From positions 160,952,001-161,016,000 of the forward strand of contig OX597814.1 of assembly GCA_951406725.2 (NCBI GenBank): 64,000 nucleotides of DNA, written 5' to 3'. Below, one piece after another: positions 24,701 through 34,405 of this stretch (the stretch's first letter is position 1; every line of letters begins with the position of its first letter). A program made the position numbers and the translations under genes. Source of the stretch: Octopus vulgaris. Its lineage: Eukaryota. The notes under the pieces are model-generated. The model had not been told where the DNA came from, made no database searches, and was given only the letters and a program-made list of their open reading frames with translations.

Positions 24701-25879
24701 GGTTACTGTCAGAATCTGGATGGTTCTCCTGTCAGTTTTGATAATAAGGATTGAATTGTTTGACCAACTCATTGAATTGGCTGTGGCTGAGCATTCCACA
24801 CACATGTACTCTTAATTCTCAGACCCAGTCAGCATAACACTGTGAAACTGTATTTTGGAATTACAAGTATGATCCATCTGAAGGTTTTTATGCAGTTTCC
24901 ATCCACAAAGGTATGGGGTCAACTGGAGTCTGTAGAAAATGACATTTGCACAAGATGTCATGCATTGGAGTCGAACCCAAGACCTGGTGATCGCAAAGTG
25001 GACACAAAAAAACCCAGTGATTGGCTTATTGGAAACTTAACCAACAATGCTGTCTTTCACAAAATGCAATAAATTAATAACAAAAAAATTCTGTTGTGGC
25101 TGGGTAGAGTCATTTTCTTTTTGTGCCTTACAATATAACACACTCACCGGTAAAATTTCCACTTATTTCATATTTTTATTCTCCTAAAATTTTCAAGACT
25201 ATTGAAAAGGTTGCAAGACGCAACGAAAATTTTAGGAGAATAAAAATATGAAATAAGTGGAAATTTTACCGGTGAGTGTGTTACATTGTAAGGCACAAAA
25301 AGAAAATTACTCTCCCCAGACACAACAGAATATGCTTCAACACACGAACTCATATAAAGAATCTTGCAAACCAAATCCAAAAACAAAAAAATTAATAAAA
25401 TACAGTATTATCATTATTTAGTATCTGTTTTCCATGCTGGTATGAGTTTGACTGGAAGTGGTAAGCCAGAGAGCTGCACCAGGCTCCAGTCCATTTTGGC
25501 TTGGTTTATACAACCAGATGCCTTTCCTAACACCAATCACTCTGCAGAGTGTACCGGGTGCCTTTTACATGTCACCAGCCCAAGTATCAGATTTTTTTTT
25601 TAAATACTGAGAATGATATTTTACAAAGAATATGCTGAGAAAGGTATATTATAGTTTGATTTTCTGATAAAATTATTATACTTTATATTTTGAAACTATT
25701 AGTTTGATGGGTTTCTTTTTTTATCTTTACAGGATATAGTGTATAACTTCATCAAAGACATCTTCAGCTTCGAAAAAGTACGATTCACTACGCAAGAGGA
25801 CATGGGAAGTGACTTGTTACGTATTGTGAAAGAATATGTCAGTATTGCTGAAAATAAGCTATGTTCTGCAAATGTATAG
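5114..25879 (+). CDS. MIGA: Mitoguardin (MIGA/FAM73), mitochondrial outer-membrane lipid-transfer/contact-site protein; 12 coding exons, 517 aa
   Basis: Exons 5114-5345, 10241-10411, 12299-12399, 14156-14380, 15168-15280, 15580-15652, 17270-17356, 17847-17945, 20886-21020, 23622-23675, 24171-24287, 25733-25879; all GT-AG and phase-consistent (1554 nt). N-terminal TM helix plus basic stretch, WEDAL, FFAT-like SFVSATD, LYEAAL..YRTIR, FLAKLHCLR, FYDVFLDFILLDAFDDLENPP, WLSNGFKETALSTAVWSVLKAKRRML and PVLVWGLLGP match the MIGA family. An acceptor at 5103 implies a 5' UTR exon further upstream. Confidence 0.93.
5858..6262 (-). mobile_element. tRNA-derived SINE family A (gcaggagtggctgtgtggtaag...ggttcagtccc)
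   Basis: Pol III A/B-box-like head, internal (TA/TG)n; related copies near 1887-2283, 15780-16180, 55970-56365, 58727-59030. Confidence 0.8.
7755..7804. repeat. (TA)n microsatellite, left part of the RTE/Helitron target
   Basis: About 25 TA units; continues at 9734-9761 and 10128-10138. Confidence 0.95.
7805..9733 (+). mobile_element. RTE-clade (BovB-like) LINE, 5'-truncated, one frameshift near 8184
   Basis: RT motifs NYRGISLLS, GFRRSRSTIDMIF, GVKQGCVLAP, LFADD, FTYLGS, LLYGSETW, RWLGHV; C-terminal CxxC..CxSRIGLHSHxxxC; (CAAA)n tail; flanked by (TA)n on both sides. Confidence 0.93.
9762..10127 (+). mobile_element. Non-autonomous Helitron (copy 1)
   Basis: A|TC start, CTAG|T end, subterminal GC hairpin (cctgagcaacgccggg), internal (TCTG/TG) repeats; 3' ~70 bp shared with the 31830-32110 copy. 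Confidence 0.75.
10241..10411 (+). CDS. MIGA: MIGA coding exon 2
   Basis: ttttaacag / GTAAGT; phase 1-1; Ser-rich, ends AAQLCQLG. Confidence 0.85.
12299..12399 (+). CDS. MIGA: MIGA coding exon 3
   Basis: ttttacag / GTATGT; GLENLDMAISHWEDAL. Confidence 0.9.
14156..14380 (+). CDS. MIGA: MIGA coding exon 4 (FFAT-like motif)
   Basis: tttag / GTGAGT; LENLLELALRMQ...SSEDQESFVSATD. Confidence 0.9.
15168..15280 (+). CDS. MIGA: MIGA coding exon 5
   Basis: ttgcag / GTAAGT; LPLYEAALQEHKYNGIAYRTIR. Confidence 0.92.
15580..15652 (+). CDS. MIGA: MIGA coding exon 6
   Basis: tttttacag / GTAAGT; THMVGCLKDAEFLAKLHCLREGF. Confidence 0.92.
16180..16832 (-). mobile_element. CR1 3' fragment interrupted by a SINE
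   Basis: Homologous to the 3' end of 56463-57930 (catggaagttttgaaggatg, aacaactgatgcaggtag). Confidence 0.75.
16250..16488 (+). mobile_element. SINE family B (ggcggtgagctggcagaaacgttagc...) with a 10-bp TSD
   Basis: TSD gtaaccaaaa at 16240-16249 and 16489-16498; A-rich tail; other copies near 21633-21840, 31550-31740, 40127-40335, 42488-42702, 62717-62920. Confidence 0.85.
17270..17356 (+). CDS. MIGA: MIGA coding exon 7
   Basis: ttttttcag / GTTAGT; IVFKDVETRRWLQEMG. Confidence 0.9.
17847..17945 (+). CDS. MIGA: MIGA coding exon 8
   Basis: ttacag / GTGAGT; EFYQAYQDMMDY...MEEELREKG. Confidence 0.92.
18623..19754 (+). mobile_element. piggyBac-family DNA transposon, internally deleted
   Basis: TTAA TSDs (18619-18622, 19755-19758); 12-bp TIR CCCTTTCGTTAC; ~44-bp subterminal direct repeats; remnant transposase N-terminus (acidic, F..ETGP, DYFFLLF..LFEII.AETNRYA). 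Confidence 0.9.
20251..20760. repeat. 42-bp minisatellite, ~12 units, alternating A/B variants
   Basis: Units gaccaccatcattgctgttctagcccatcctctctccactaa and gatagccatcattgctgttccaatttatcctctcttcagtaa. Confidence 0.93.
20886..21020 (+). CDS. MIGA: MIGA coding exon 9
   Basis: ttttcag / GTAAGA; FYDVFLDFILLDAFDDLENPP...WLSNGFKET. Confidence 0.95.
22170..22483 (+). mobile_element. SINE/short retroposon family C with internal tandem units and a (GAT)n tail
   Basis: ggtggcacgtaaaaagcacc repeats, ggcatccagc, ccaacccatgctagcatggaaag, (gat)n; copies near 1-130, 6826-7215, 13080-13450, 14560-15000, 22578-22790, 24331-24660, 25408-25580, 40943-41130, 42077-42345, 61330-61537, 63468-63660. Confidence 0.8.
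23284..23570. mobile_element. Foldback/MITE-like palindromic element (copy 1)
   Basis: tctgttgtgtctggg...cccagacacaacaga long inverted arms plus a ~50-nt unpaired tail; homologous to 25090-25383. Confidence 0.8.
23622..23675 (+). CDS. MIGA: MIGA coding exon 10
   Basis: tttcccag / GTAAAT; ALSTAVWSVLKAKRRMLK. Confidence 0.93.
24171..24287 (+). CDS. MIGA: MIGA coding exon 11
   Basis: tttttcag / GTAAGT; FPHGFISYFYSISELITPVLVWGLLGP. Confidence 0.93.
25090..25383. mobile_element. Foldback/MITE-like palindromic element (copy 2)
   Basis: Same arms and tail as copy 1, with a different internal deletion. Confidence 0.8.
25733..25879 (+). CDS. MIGA: MIGA coding exon 12 (stop)
   Basis: tttacag; DIVYNFIKDIFSFEKVRFTT...TAG; AATAAA candidates near 27361 and 27488. 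Confidence 0.92.
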   Translation, partial: DIVYNFIKDIFSFEKVRFTTQEDMGSDLLRIVKEYVSIAENKLCSANV

Positions 25880-27569
25880 CTTCTGTTCATTTTAATAATG
25901 AACAGCCAATTCCACATATATAAAAGTATACTCATCTCTTGGTTGACCAGTGAGAGTTACATATATGTGTATATATATTTATATATATACGTACATACAG
26001 TTTCTGTGTGCGTAAGACAGCATTCCTTTCAACAAAATTCAGGTTTGGTACAACACTACTGGAAGTCACTTTTGACCAAACTGAATTAGAACTATTTTTT
26101 ATGAAGAGATTGTTTTGTTGAGAAACAGAATCTTGGTGATTTTAAACTTAACCAGACTATTACTCTATAACCAGGTTATTTCTCTTTTTTTTTTTTTAAT
26201 TTCTCTACCACGTTTTAAATTAAGATTTTCTTCGTTTTGTTGGCAGTGTCTTATTTATTTCTGTGTTACCTTAGACTCTAAATGATCTTAATATGATATT
26301 CTAGAATAGTATTTTTATGCATGATCACTTTCAAATTAGTTACATCAATGACACTAGACCTAATATTATACACTCTTAGTCAAAATATTTTGTTTGCCTA
26401 GGTGAAACGCAGTAGGTATTGTAAGAAAGGGACGTTTTCTTACACTTTCTATAACAATTAAAATGTGAACTTTTGAAGAATTATTCAACTAGCATGCAGA
26501 CGGATGAAAAATATTAAGATTTCACTTATATTTTACTTCAATTCAATCTGTGGAGAGAGGAAAAAGTCTAAATTTTAAAGGTATTTCTTATATTTACCTT
26601 TTCAGCAACATTGTATCCTGGTTTAAGTTTTATTATTCATGAGAATCGGTGAATAATTTTTTTTTTTAATTCTTGGAAAGCTAAATAATTTGCTAGTCTT
26701 TTAAAAGAGAGGTAGCTGATTAGACTTGTGATTCCATTGAAGAATATTTACAATTTTTTTTTTTTAAGATAGTGTTTTATTATAAGCAGAGTATATTATT
26801 CTGCTGGAGAAAATTAAAGAGTTTGATCTTTTAGTTGAATCTATTTGATTGTGATCAACTGTGATATCACAAGACAAAATCTGGAAGAAATATTTAGTAG
26901 GAAAGGCAAAATTTCAATATGTTCATTGGATACAGAGAAAGTAATTTTAAGCTTTCTAGTTTTTCTGACAAAATATATAGCCAAAGAAATTTCTTCATTT
27001 CATAGGACATTTTTAAAACACCTTTACCTTGCTTTAAGAATGTGGTAAATGGAGAAAAGATCACATTTTGATTTACAAATGTAAAAATTTAGTCCTCAAT
27101 TTTTTTTTTTTTTTTCAAATCTTAAGTACAGATATGTCATTTCACTTGAAATCGAAGAACATCTTATGTAAAGCCCTCCTATTTTGTGATAAACATAGAA
27201 TGTTTAAGATGCTTGACATTTATCTGTTCGATTGTACATACATTATTTCAGATGCAAAGTTTTAATTTATTTATAACACTTGTTAACTGGAAACTTTTGT
27301 CTGTCTTTGACATTTTAAAAATATTCCCTCTCCTCTTCAACATTCAATCTTTAGGATTGAAATAAACAGGCTCCCTCAAGTAGTTTCCTCTTCATTTGAC
27401 ATTATGATCAGGAAAACAATCTGTCAAACTCAGGAATATATGTATTAAATATATTTCATGATAATCTTTAAGCAAATTTCCTGAAGAAATAAAAATTTAC
27501 AAACAAAGGGTCCATGTACTGATAGGAGGATTATTGTCCATCTTTTAAGATGGCAAATAAAATACATTT

Positions 27570-30225
27570 ATAATAATAAAATAATGATAATAACAATAAT
27601 AATGAAATTATTGTGTATGGTGCTCGTCTGCACAACTCATTAAAGGTGCATGTACAAAAGTCAAGAAAGTGAACAGTGTATGAGTCACGATATACATGTG
27701 TGCATGCGTATGGAGGCGGGGGATATGAAGTGTAGTGTTGGTGAATTTCAGGAAGCATGGAGGTTTTAAAGGATGCTATATCTCAGCAGATAACAACTGA
27801 TGCAGGTAGTTTGTTCCATACTTCAGCAACTCCGAGTATGAAAAAATGTTTCCAAAAGTCATGGGAGCTGTGCTGTTTTCTGACTTTGTAGGTACACCCA
27901 CGTGTGTTAGACACATGGAGCTCAAGGTAGTTGTTGGTATGATGGTTAATAATTTTGTGGGTGTTACCAAATGTTGGAGCTTCAATGTATCCATGCCCAA
28001 GGAAGCAAGGCATTCAGAGTATGGTAGATGCCGGATGGGGGTATTTGCTTGGTTGCATGTGTCTGAACAGTTTTCAGGTCAATGTCCTGAGCAAGATAGG
28101 GGTTCCAGACTGATGATGCAAATTCCAAGTGTGGTTACACCATAGCTATATACAACCTTAAATCAGCCTTTTTGACAATTTTAGAGATGTGCTTTGTCCA
28201 GTGCCAATTACTGCTGACAGTAATGCCCAGGTCATGTTCACAAGAAAACTTCTTGATATTAGTGTTATGGAGAGAGTATGTGAACGCTGGGATTTTCCTT
28301 CCAAAATGTATGGTGGTACACTTGTCCACAGCCAGCATGAGTAGCCAGTCTGTGATCTATTGTTGCATTGTGTTCAGGTTCGATTGTAAGAAAGATCTAC
28401 AATGTTTAGGATTTGTCCTTTTTATCTGGAAGGAGCATATGGAGCGAATTATTTGAACGAGGAAAATAAAAGGGATCAGAGGGTGAAGTTGCTGTGGTGA
28501 AGGGGCCAGTGGCGCAGGTTAGTTGGGAAGTAGTTGAGGCAATAAAGAAAATGAAAACAGGAAAGGCAGCTGGTCCATCAGAAGTGTGGCAATAACTGCA
28601 AATGGAGAGATAGGGATTGTTGTGATGATAGATCTCTGCCAGGGTGTGCTGGATGGAAGAGGAATGCTTTCAAGGGGAAGGGGGATGCAATGAGTTGTGG
28701 GGTGTATAGGAGAGTGATGTTATTGGAGCAGGCAATGAAGATAGTGGAAAGAGTGTTGGAGAAGAGAATTTGGAAAGTGGTGGATGAGATGCAATTAGGT
28801 TTTGTGCCAGAAAGGGGGACAATAGATGCAGTGTTCATTGTAAGGAGATTGCAGGAGGAAAACCAAGATAAGGAGGAGTTGTTGTACATGTGCTTTGTTG
28901 ATCTGGAGAAGGCATTTGATAGGGTTCCAAGGAAGGTGATTGAGTGAGCATTGAGGGAGAGAGGTGTACTAGAGGTAATAGTGAGGGCAGTGATGAGTTT
29001 GTATGAGGGAGTAAAGACATGAGTTAGAATTGGATCAGAGCTGTTAGAAGAGTTTGCAGTGAAAGTTGGTGTGCATCAGGGATCTGTGTGGTTACAGATC
29101 CCTGATGACAACAAAGTGGTTGATGTGGTGACAGAGAGTGCAAGAGAGGGATCGATAATGGAGATACTGTATGTGAATGACCTCGTTCTCATGAGTGAAA
29201 CAATGGAGGGACTGAGGGAGAAGTTTTGGAAATGGGAGGAAGCGTTTGAAAGCAAGAATTTGAAGGTAAATTTTGGGAAGACAAAGGTGATGGTGAGCGG
29301 GGTGGAAGGAGAAGTGTTAGTGAGTAAGGTGGATCCATGTGATGTATATAGGAGGGTAATGGCAAATGTTGTGTACGAGGTGTGAAAAATGGATTCATGA
29401 TAGGTGTATGAAAATAAAGGTGACCCCAAGACTGGCAAGAGAGTTTGTGGAAGATGTGAGAAAGGAGCAGACGGAACCAGTAGAAATGGTGAGAGGGTTT
29501 TGTTATTTGGGAGATAGGGTGGATATGAGGCAGCAAGAGTGAGACTTGGCTGGGTGAAGTTCAAGAAATTTGGAGCACTTATGTGGGGAAAAGGTTCACA
29601 TTGAAGATGAAAGGAAGGTTCTATAGTTGTGTGAGAGTTGCAATGCTGTATGGGTGTGAGACATAGTATCTGAGGGAGAGAGAGAGAGATGGCAATTTTG
29701 AGAAGGACCAAGAAAGAAATGTGTGGAGTGAAGCTGTTTGATAAGAGGACAGGACTTGATGAGGATGCTAGGGTTGGAAGAATCAGTGGAATGGCTGGCA
29801 AGGGTAAATGGAGTGCAGTGGTATGGGCATGTGTTGAGGAGGGATGAGGAGCATGTTCTGAGGACGGTGCTTGAGTTTGAAGTAAACGGACTGAGGAAAA
29901 CGTGGAGGGTGGAGGATGAGATTGGCAGGACACCCAAAACAGGGCAAGATGGTTGCTATGGCATTGAGGTAGATCTGGCCCTCCTGTTAATGGGGACAAA
30001 ACCCAGATTTACAACACTGGATGATGATCTCAAGGTACAACTTGATGTCATCTATGTCATTAATGTATGCAACAAACAAAAGGAGGACCAAGAACAGATC
30101 CCTGCAGTAGACCAGATGACAGAGTAAAGAATGCTGTCCTAGAACCACAACTTCATCTTTTTGGTTGAGAATGAAAGACTCCAACCAGTTAAAAAGATCA
30201 TCTTTCACTCCCACTGCAGAAAGTT
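27570..30225 (-). mobile_element. Degraded CR1-type LINE 3' portion (27570-28427 plus 30027-30225) split by an RTE insertion
   Basis: Homologous to ORF2 of 49917-54483 (LAVDKCTTIHFGRK, GVKDDLFNWL); (TTA)n tail near 27570-27603. Confidence 0.85.
28428..30026 (+). mobile_element. Degraded RTE-clade LINE (second family) nested in a CR1
   Basis: GFVPERGTIDAVFIVRRLQE, FVDLEKAFDRVPR, VKVGVHQGS, WYGHVLRRD; (GAT)n tail; ATCT at both junctions. Confidence 0.88.
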
Positions 30226-31829
30226 TTGTTACAGAAATCTAATTTAAAAAAAAAATTTTACTTTAAGAACTTGATCTGAATTTATTTACAAAGCACAGTT
30301 TATTTCTGCAGGAGAATAATCATTAACAAGAAGCTATTTTTTATTGATTGATTTGACATCTTTATTACTGGTATTTATTATTCTCATTGATCTCAGTAGA
30401 GATGAAATGTAGTTTAGGTTTGTGCAAGGATATGGAACAGTCTATGCTCTCTCTTCTTAAACAGCGGTTCTATGCAAAGAAATAGCCATTTATACCTACC
30501 ATTCCTTAACTTCTAGGCCTTCGATAGGGTACCACACTGAATAAACTAGTAGTAGATAAATGGCTAATGAGAGCTTTGCAAGCCACATATAAGGTTGCCA
30601 TCAGTAAAATGACAATCAGCTGTTAAAAGAGCTCAAGATAGGCCATTTGTGAGAATTCCAATATATTCACAACCTAGTTCTTATAGTCAACTCAGTTGAA
30701 TTTGAGGGAAAGTCCCAGAGGTGAAGTAATGGCAGGAAACAAAACAGAACTGTGCTACAAATCACCATGCTTGGATATGCAGAAACTGAATAAACAACTG
30801 TATACTAGTTACTAATGCAAAAGGTAATGAGGGATCAGACAGGTTGATAGATAAGGATTTCTGATAGATGCACAGGAATAGTTAGCAGTAAGAAAACCAA
30901 AGAAATATAGTCTCTCAGCTACTACTTAAGAGGTATGCTGAAAACATGACAGCTTGTTACCCAATCAGTTGTGTGGAAGATAGTAGCTAGATAAGGACAG
31001 GGAGAGACAAGTTCTGAGATCCTATCTTGGTAATAAAAAGGTTTTTGCATTGAATGAAGGGCAGGACTGTGAAAGAGGGAGAACTGAGGTTTGATCTTAT
31101 GATATTGAGCCTCACAAACGAGATGAAAAACAACAGCAAATTAAGAGATGGGGCTGGAACATTTCTGTTCATCCTGTATAAGGATGGAAGAATGCATACA
31201 AAAATGACTGACTAATGATTAGAACTGAATGTGTGTAAAAGTTAAGACAAATATGAGGATGCAAATGTGCAGGTACACCCTATTTTCCCCAGTATTGATC
31301 GTAACAACTCATGACAAATTCTTCATTAGCTAAATAAACCTCCCCCTTCACACATCGTGGTGGCTCTTTACTATAAGTCCTTCAATTGGGAAACACAACA
31401 GAAATAACCTCGCATTACGAGCACCGAAATCTCCTATAGTAGCAAAACCTTATATATTGGAGAAGCATGGCCTCTCAGTTCAAATGAAGGCAACCAGACA
31501 GTGCAAGACAAGGTTCTGCCCTAATCACACTGGAAAAAATATTTGTTTCAGGTTTTAGCACAAGGCCAGCAATTTTATGAGAGATCAATTAGATTGATCC
31601 CACTGCTCAACTGATACTTATTTTATCAACCCCAAAACAATGAAAGGCTAAGTTGACCTCGGCAGAATTTCAACTTAAAGATAGACAAAATGCTGTTAAG
31701 CAGTTTGACCAGCTTAAGCATTCTGCCAGCTCACTGCCCTAAACTGGTGCATTCAGCCTGATATGGCTTTAAGCACAATGGAGAAATATCCGTGTTAATG
31801 CTAGCAAAAGCAGCCTATTTAGGTAGTAA

Positions 31830-32110
31830 TCTTTATATATAAAACTAAAGTTGTGTGTGTGTCTGTCTACTCCGATTTAGATTCCTAACTACTCCCACAT
31901 TTTGCGGTGCAGTTTAACCAAAAGCGAGTATCTTATAGTCGTGATTTATATCGAGCCCTTCTGGGTATTAGCATGAGTCTACGATTTAAAAAAAATTTAC
32001 CATCATTCTTCCACATTTTTGCTCGGTTTATATAAGGGAAGTAACTCTCTAAAAATGCTTATATAGTCATTTCCCTTACAAACCCGAGCAACGCCGGGTG
32101 ATACTGCTAG
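31830..32110 (+). mobile_element. Non-autonomous Helitron (copy 2)
   Basis: A|TCTTTATATAT start, hairpin acccg-a-gc-aac-gc-cgggt at 32082-32099, CTAG|T end, no TSD. Confidence 0.78.
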
Positions 32111-32665
32111 TCCCTAATAAAGGTTGAAGGAATATTTAAGTCCTGATGTAAATAACCTTTTAAATACTAGTGGCATAATGGAATACACCCAGTCCATGGT
32201 GTCGAGTGATTAACAATACAAGAAAAAAAAAATTCCAAAACTTGAGTATATCAAATACAGAAGATCTGTTACAAGTGGCAAAACAATGTACAGGAGCAGA
32301 CTGGCATGAATTAACCGCAAAAACAATGGCCATAAAATGCCAAACCTTTCTACTAATTGGTCTTTGATAAAACTTAATACATACATGTAAAGTATCAAGA
32401 TTAGAAATATATTTGAACCATATGCACACTTCCTATACAAACTGACTTGGTGTAATGTCTATAGGAATATAAGGCAAAAAGTGACAGGTATCACACTGCT
32501 CTTTCTAACTGAAGCAAGTACTTTTCAGGGATGAAGTAAAAGTCTGTATCATGCAATAATTGATCATTTGTTAAATCCTAAAAAGAAACTGGTGAGTGCT
32601 AACATTATTTCAGGATTCAATAGAAAAGATATTTCTGTTTTCAACAGTTTATAGTAATAGTAATA

Positions 32666-34405
32666 CTAGTTAGTTAGTTAATTTGGCTCAAAAGCAAATA
32701 GCAAGGCCATGTAGGGGGACATGGAGTTAAGTACAGGGTGGTGTTCATGTAAAGAGTTCAGGCCACTTGAGGTCCAGGGAGGCTTTGAACAAAGCGGTCG
32801 TCGGCATCTTCACCATCTCGTCTGGTAGCTTGTTCCACGGATCCGCAACCCGGACGGAGAAAGCTCCTCTCCTTCGATTGAGATGAAATCGTCGCAGGTA
32901 GAGCTTTTCGGAATGACCCCGCAGCCGACGCTCCGGAGCAGGAGTGAAGAACAGCTCTTTTGAGAGGTTACACTTCCCGCTTATGATGTTGTGGGCGAGA
33001 ATGAGATCACCACGGCGGCGGCGTTTTTCAAGAGAATAAAGGTCGAGCGTCCTCAGCCTTTCTTCGTAGGACAAATTTTTGAGACCATGAACCATGCGGG
33101 TAGCCAGCCTCTGGACTCTTTCGAGGTGCTGTATGTCTTTGAGGAGATAAGGAGAAGAGGCTTGAATCCCATACTCCAATATGGGTCTCACCAGCGTGAC
33201 ATAGAATGGTAGGAATATGGCTGCTGTGAGCATTCCGAATGACCGTCGAATCAAAAACAGAATTCCGCGCGCTTTGTTGGCAGCATGGACGCACTGGGCC
33301 GAAGGCGAAAAGGAGGAATCCACCAAGATACCCAGGTCCTTTACCTGATCGGTCCTCTCCAGCAGCAGACGACCCGGCTCGAAATCAAGTTGAGTTGCAG
33401 GAGTAGAGCCGACAGGCAGATGACAGCACTTTGACACGTTCAGACACAGGTCCCAATCGTTAGACCACTTCCAAATTTGGTGGAGGCATCGACGAAGATC
33501 CTCTATACTACCGCGAGGAGCGACCAGTTTGATATCGTCGGCAAATAGAAGGGTGTGTTGCGTGAGGTCGTCGGGCAAGTCATTTATGAAGACTAAGAAC
33601 AACAAGGGCCCAAGCACTGAACCTTGAGGCACGCCACTGCTCGCACTGGAGACGTCGGACCGCGAACCATTAACTTGAACTTGGAAGGAGCGATCTGAGA
33701 GGAAGGCACCAACCCATCGTACAATATCCGGATGGAAACTATATGCTTGAAGCTTGACAAGTAGTAGGCGGTGGTTTACCGAGTCAAAAGCTTTGGCAAA
33801 GTCCAATAAAACGATGTCAACAGCATCACTATCATCGAGGATGCGCGTCACCAATTCTTCCATTACTAGTAAGTTGGTCAAGCATGATCTCTTCGGCACG
33901 AAGCCGTGTTGGGAATCAGTGATCGAGGCTGTGTTTAAGAGGTGGAGCATCATACTTTTCTTAAGGATGGTTTCGAACATCTTGCTGATTATTGATGTAA
34001 GGGAAACCGGTCGGTAGTTAAGCGGGTCTTCGCGGCTCCTTTCTTGAAAATTGGGCAGATTATCGCTGTTCTCCAGTCTGCAGGTATAACACCCGTCGCC
34101 AATGACATATTGAATAGTCGTGTTAAGGGCTCGCAGATGACCGGAGCCAACGCTTTGATAACCCGTGGGTGTATGCCGTCAGGGCCGTGACCCTTGTTGA
34201 CATCGAGGCCTTGAATAACACGTTTGACTTGGTCCCGCGTGATGATCAATCGAAGCATTGGAGGTACCGATCTATCAAATTGAGGGGGTTCACGACCATC
34301 ATCTTGTTTGAAAATAGTTGAAAAAGCCTCGGCAAATAATTGACTCTGTTGATAAGGGTCCTCAATCGATACGCCTGTTGAGTCTACCAACGTTGCAATC
34401 TGTTG
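32666..34405 (-). mobile_element. CR1-type LINE (second family), 5'-truncated, young; one frameshift near 34037
   Basis: ORFs 33989-34390 and 32745-33980: GPDGIHP, QHGF, LDFAKAFDSV, GVPQGSVLGP, LFADD, LRGHSEKL, WNKLP; (TAAC)n tail. Confidence 0.93.

Noticed and set aside
29076-29999. 307-aa minus-strand ORF
   Set aside because: Antisense shadow of the purine-rich RTE remnant; no motifs
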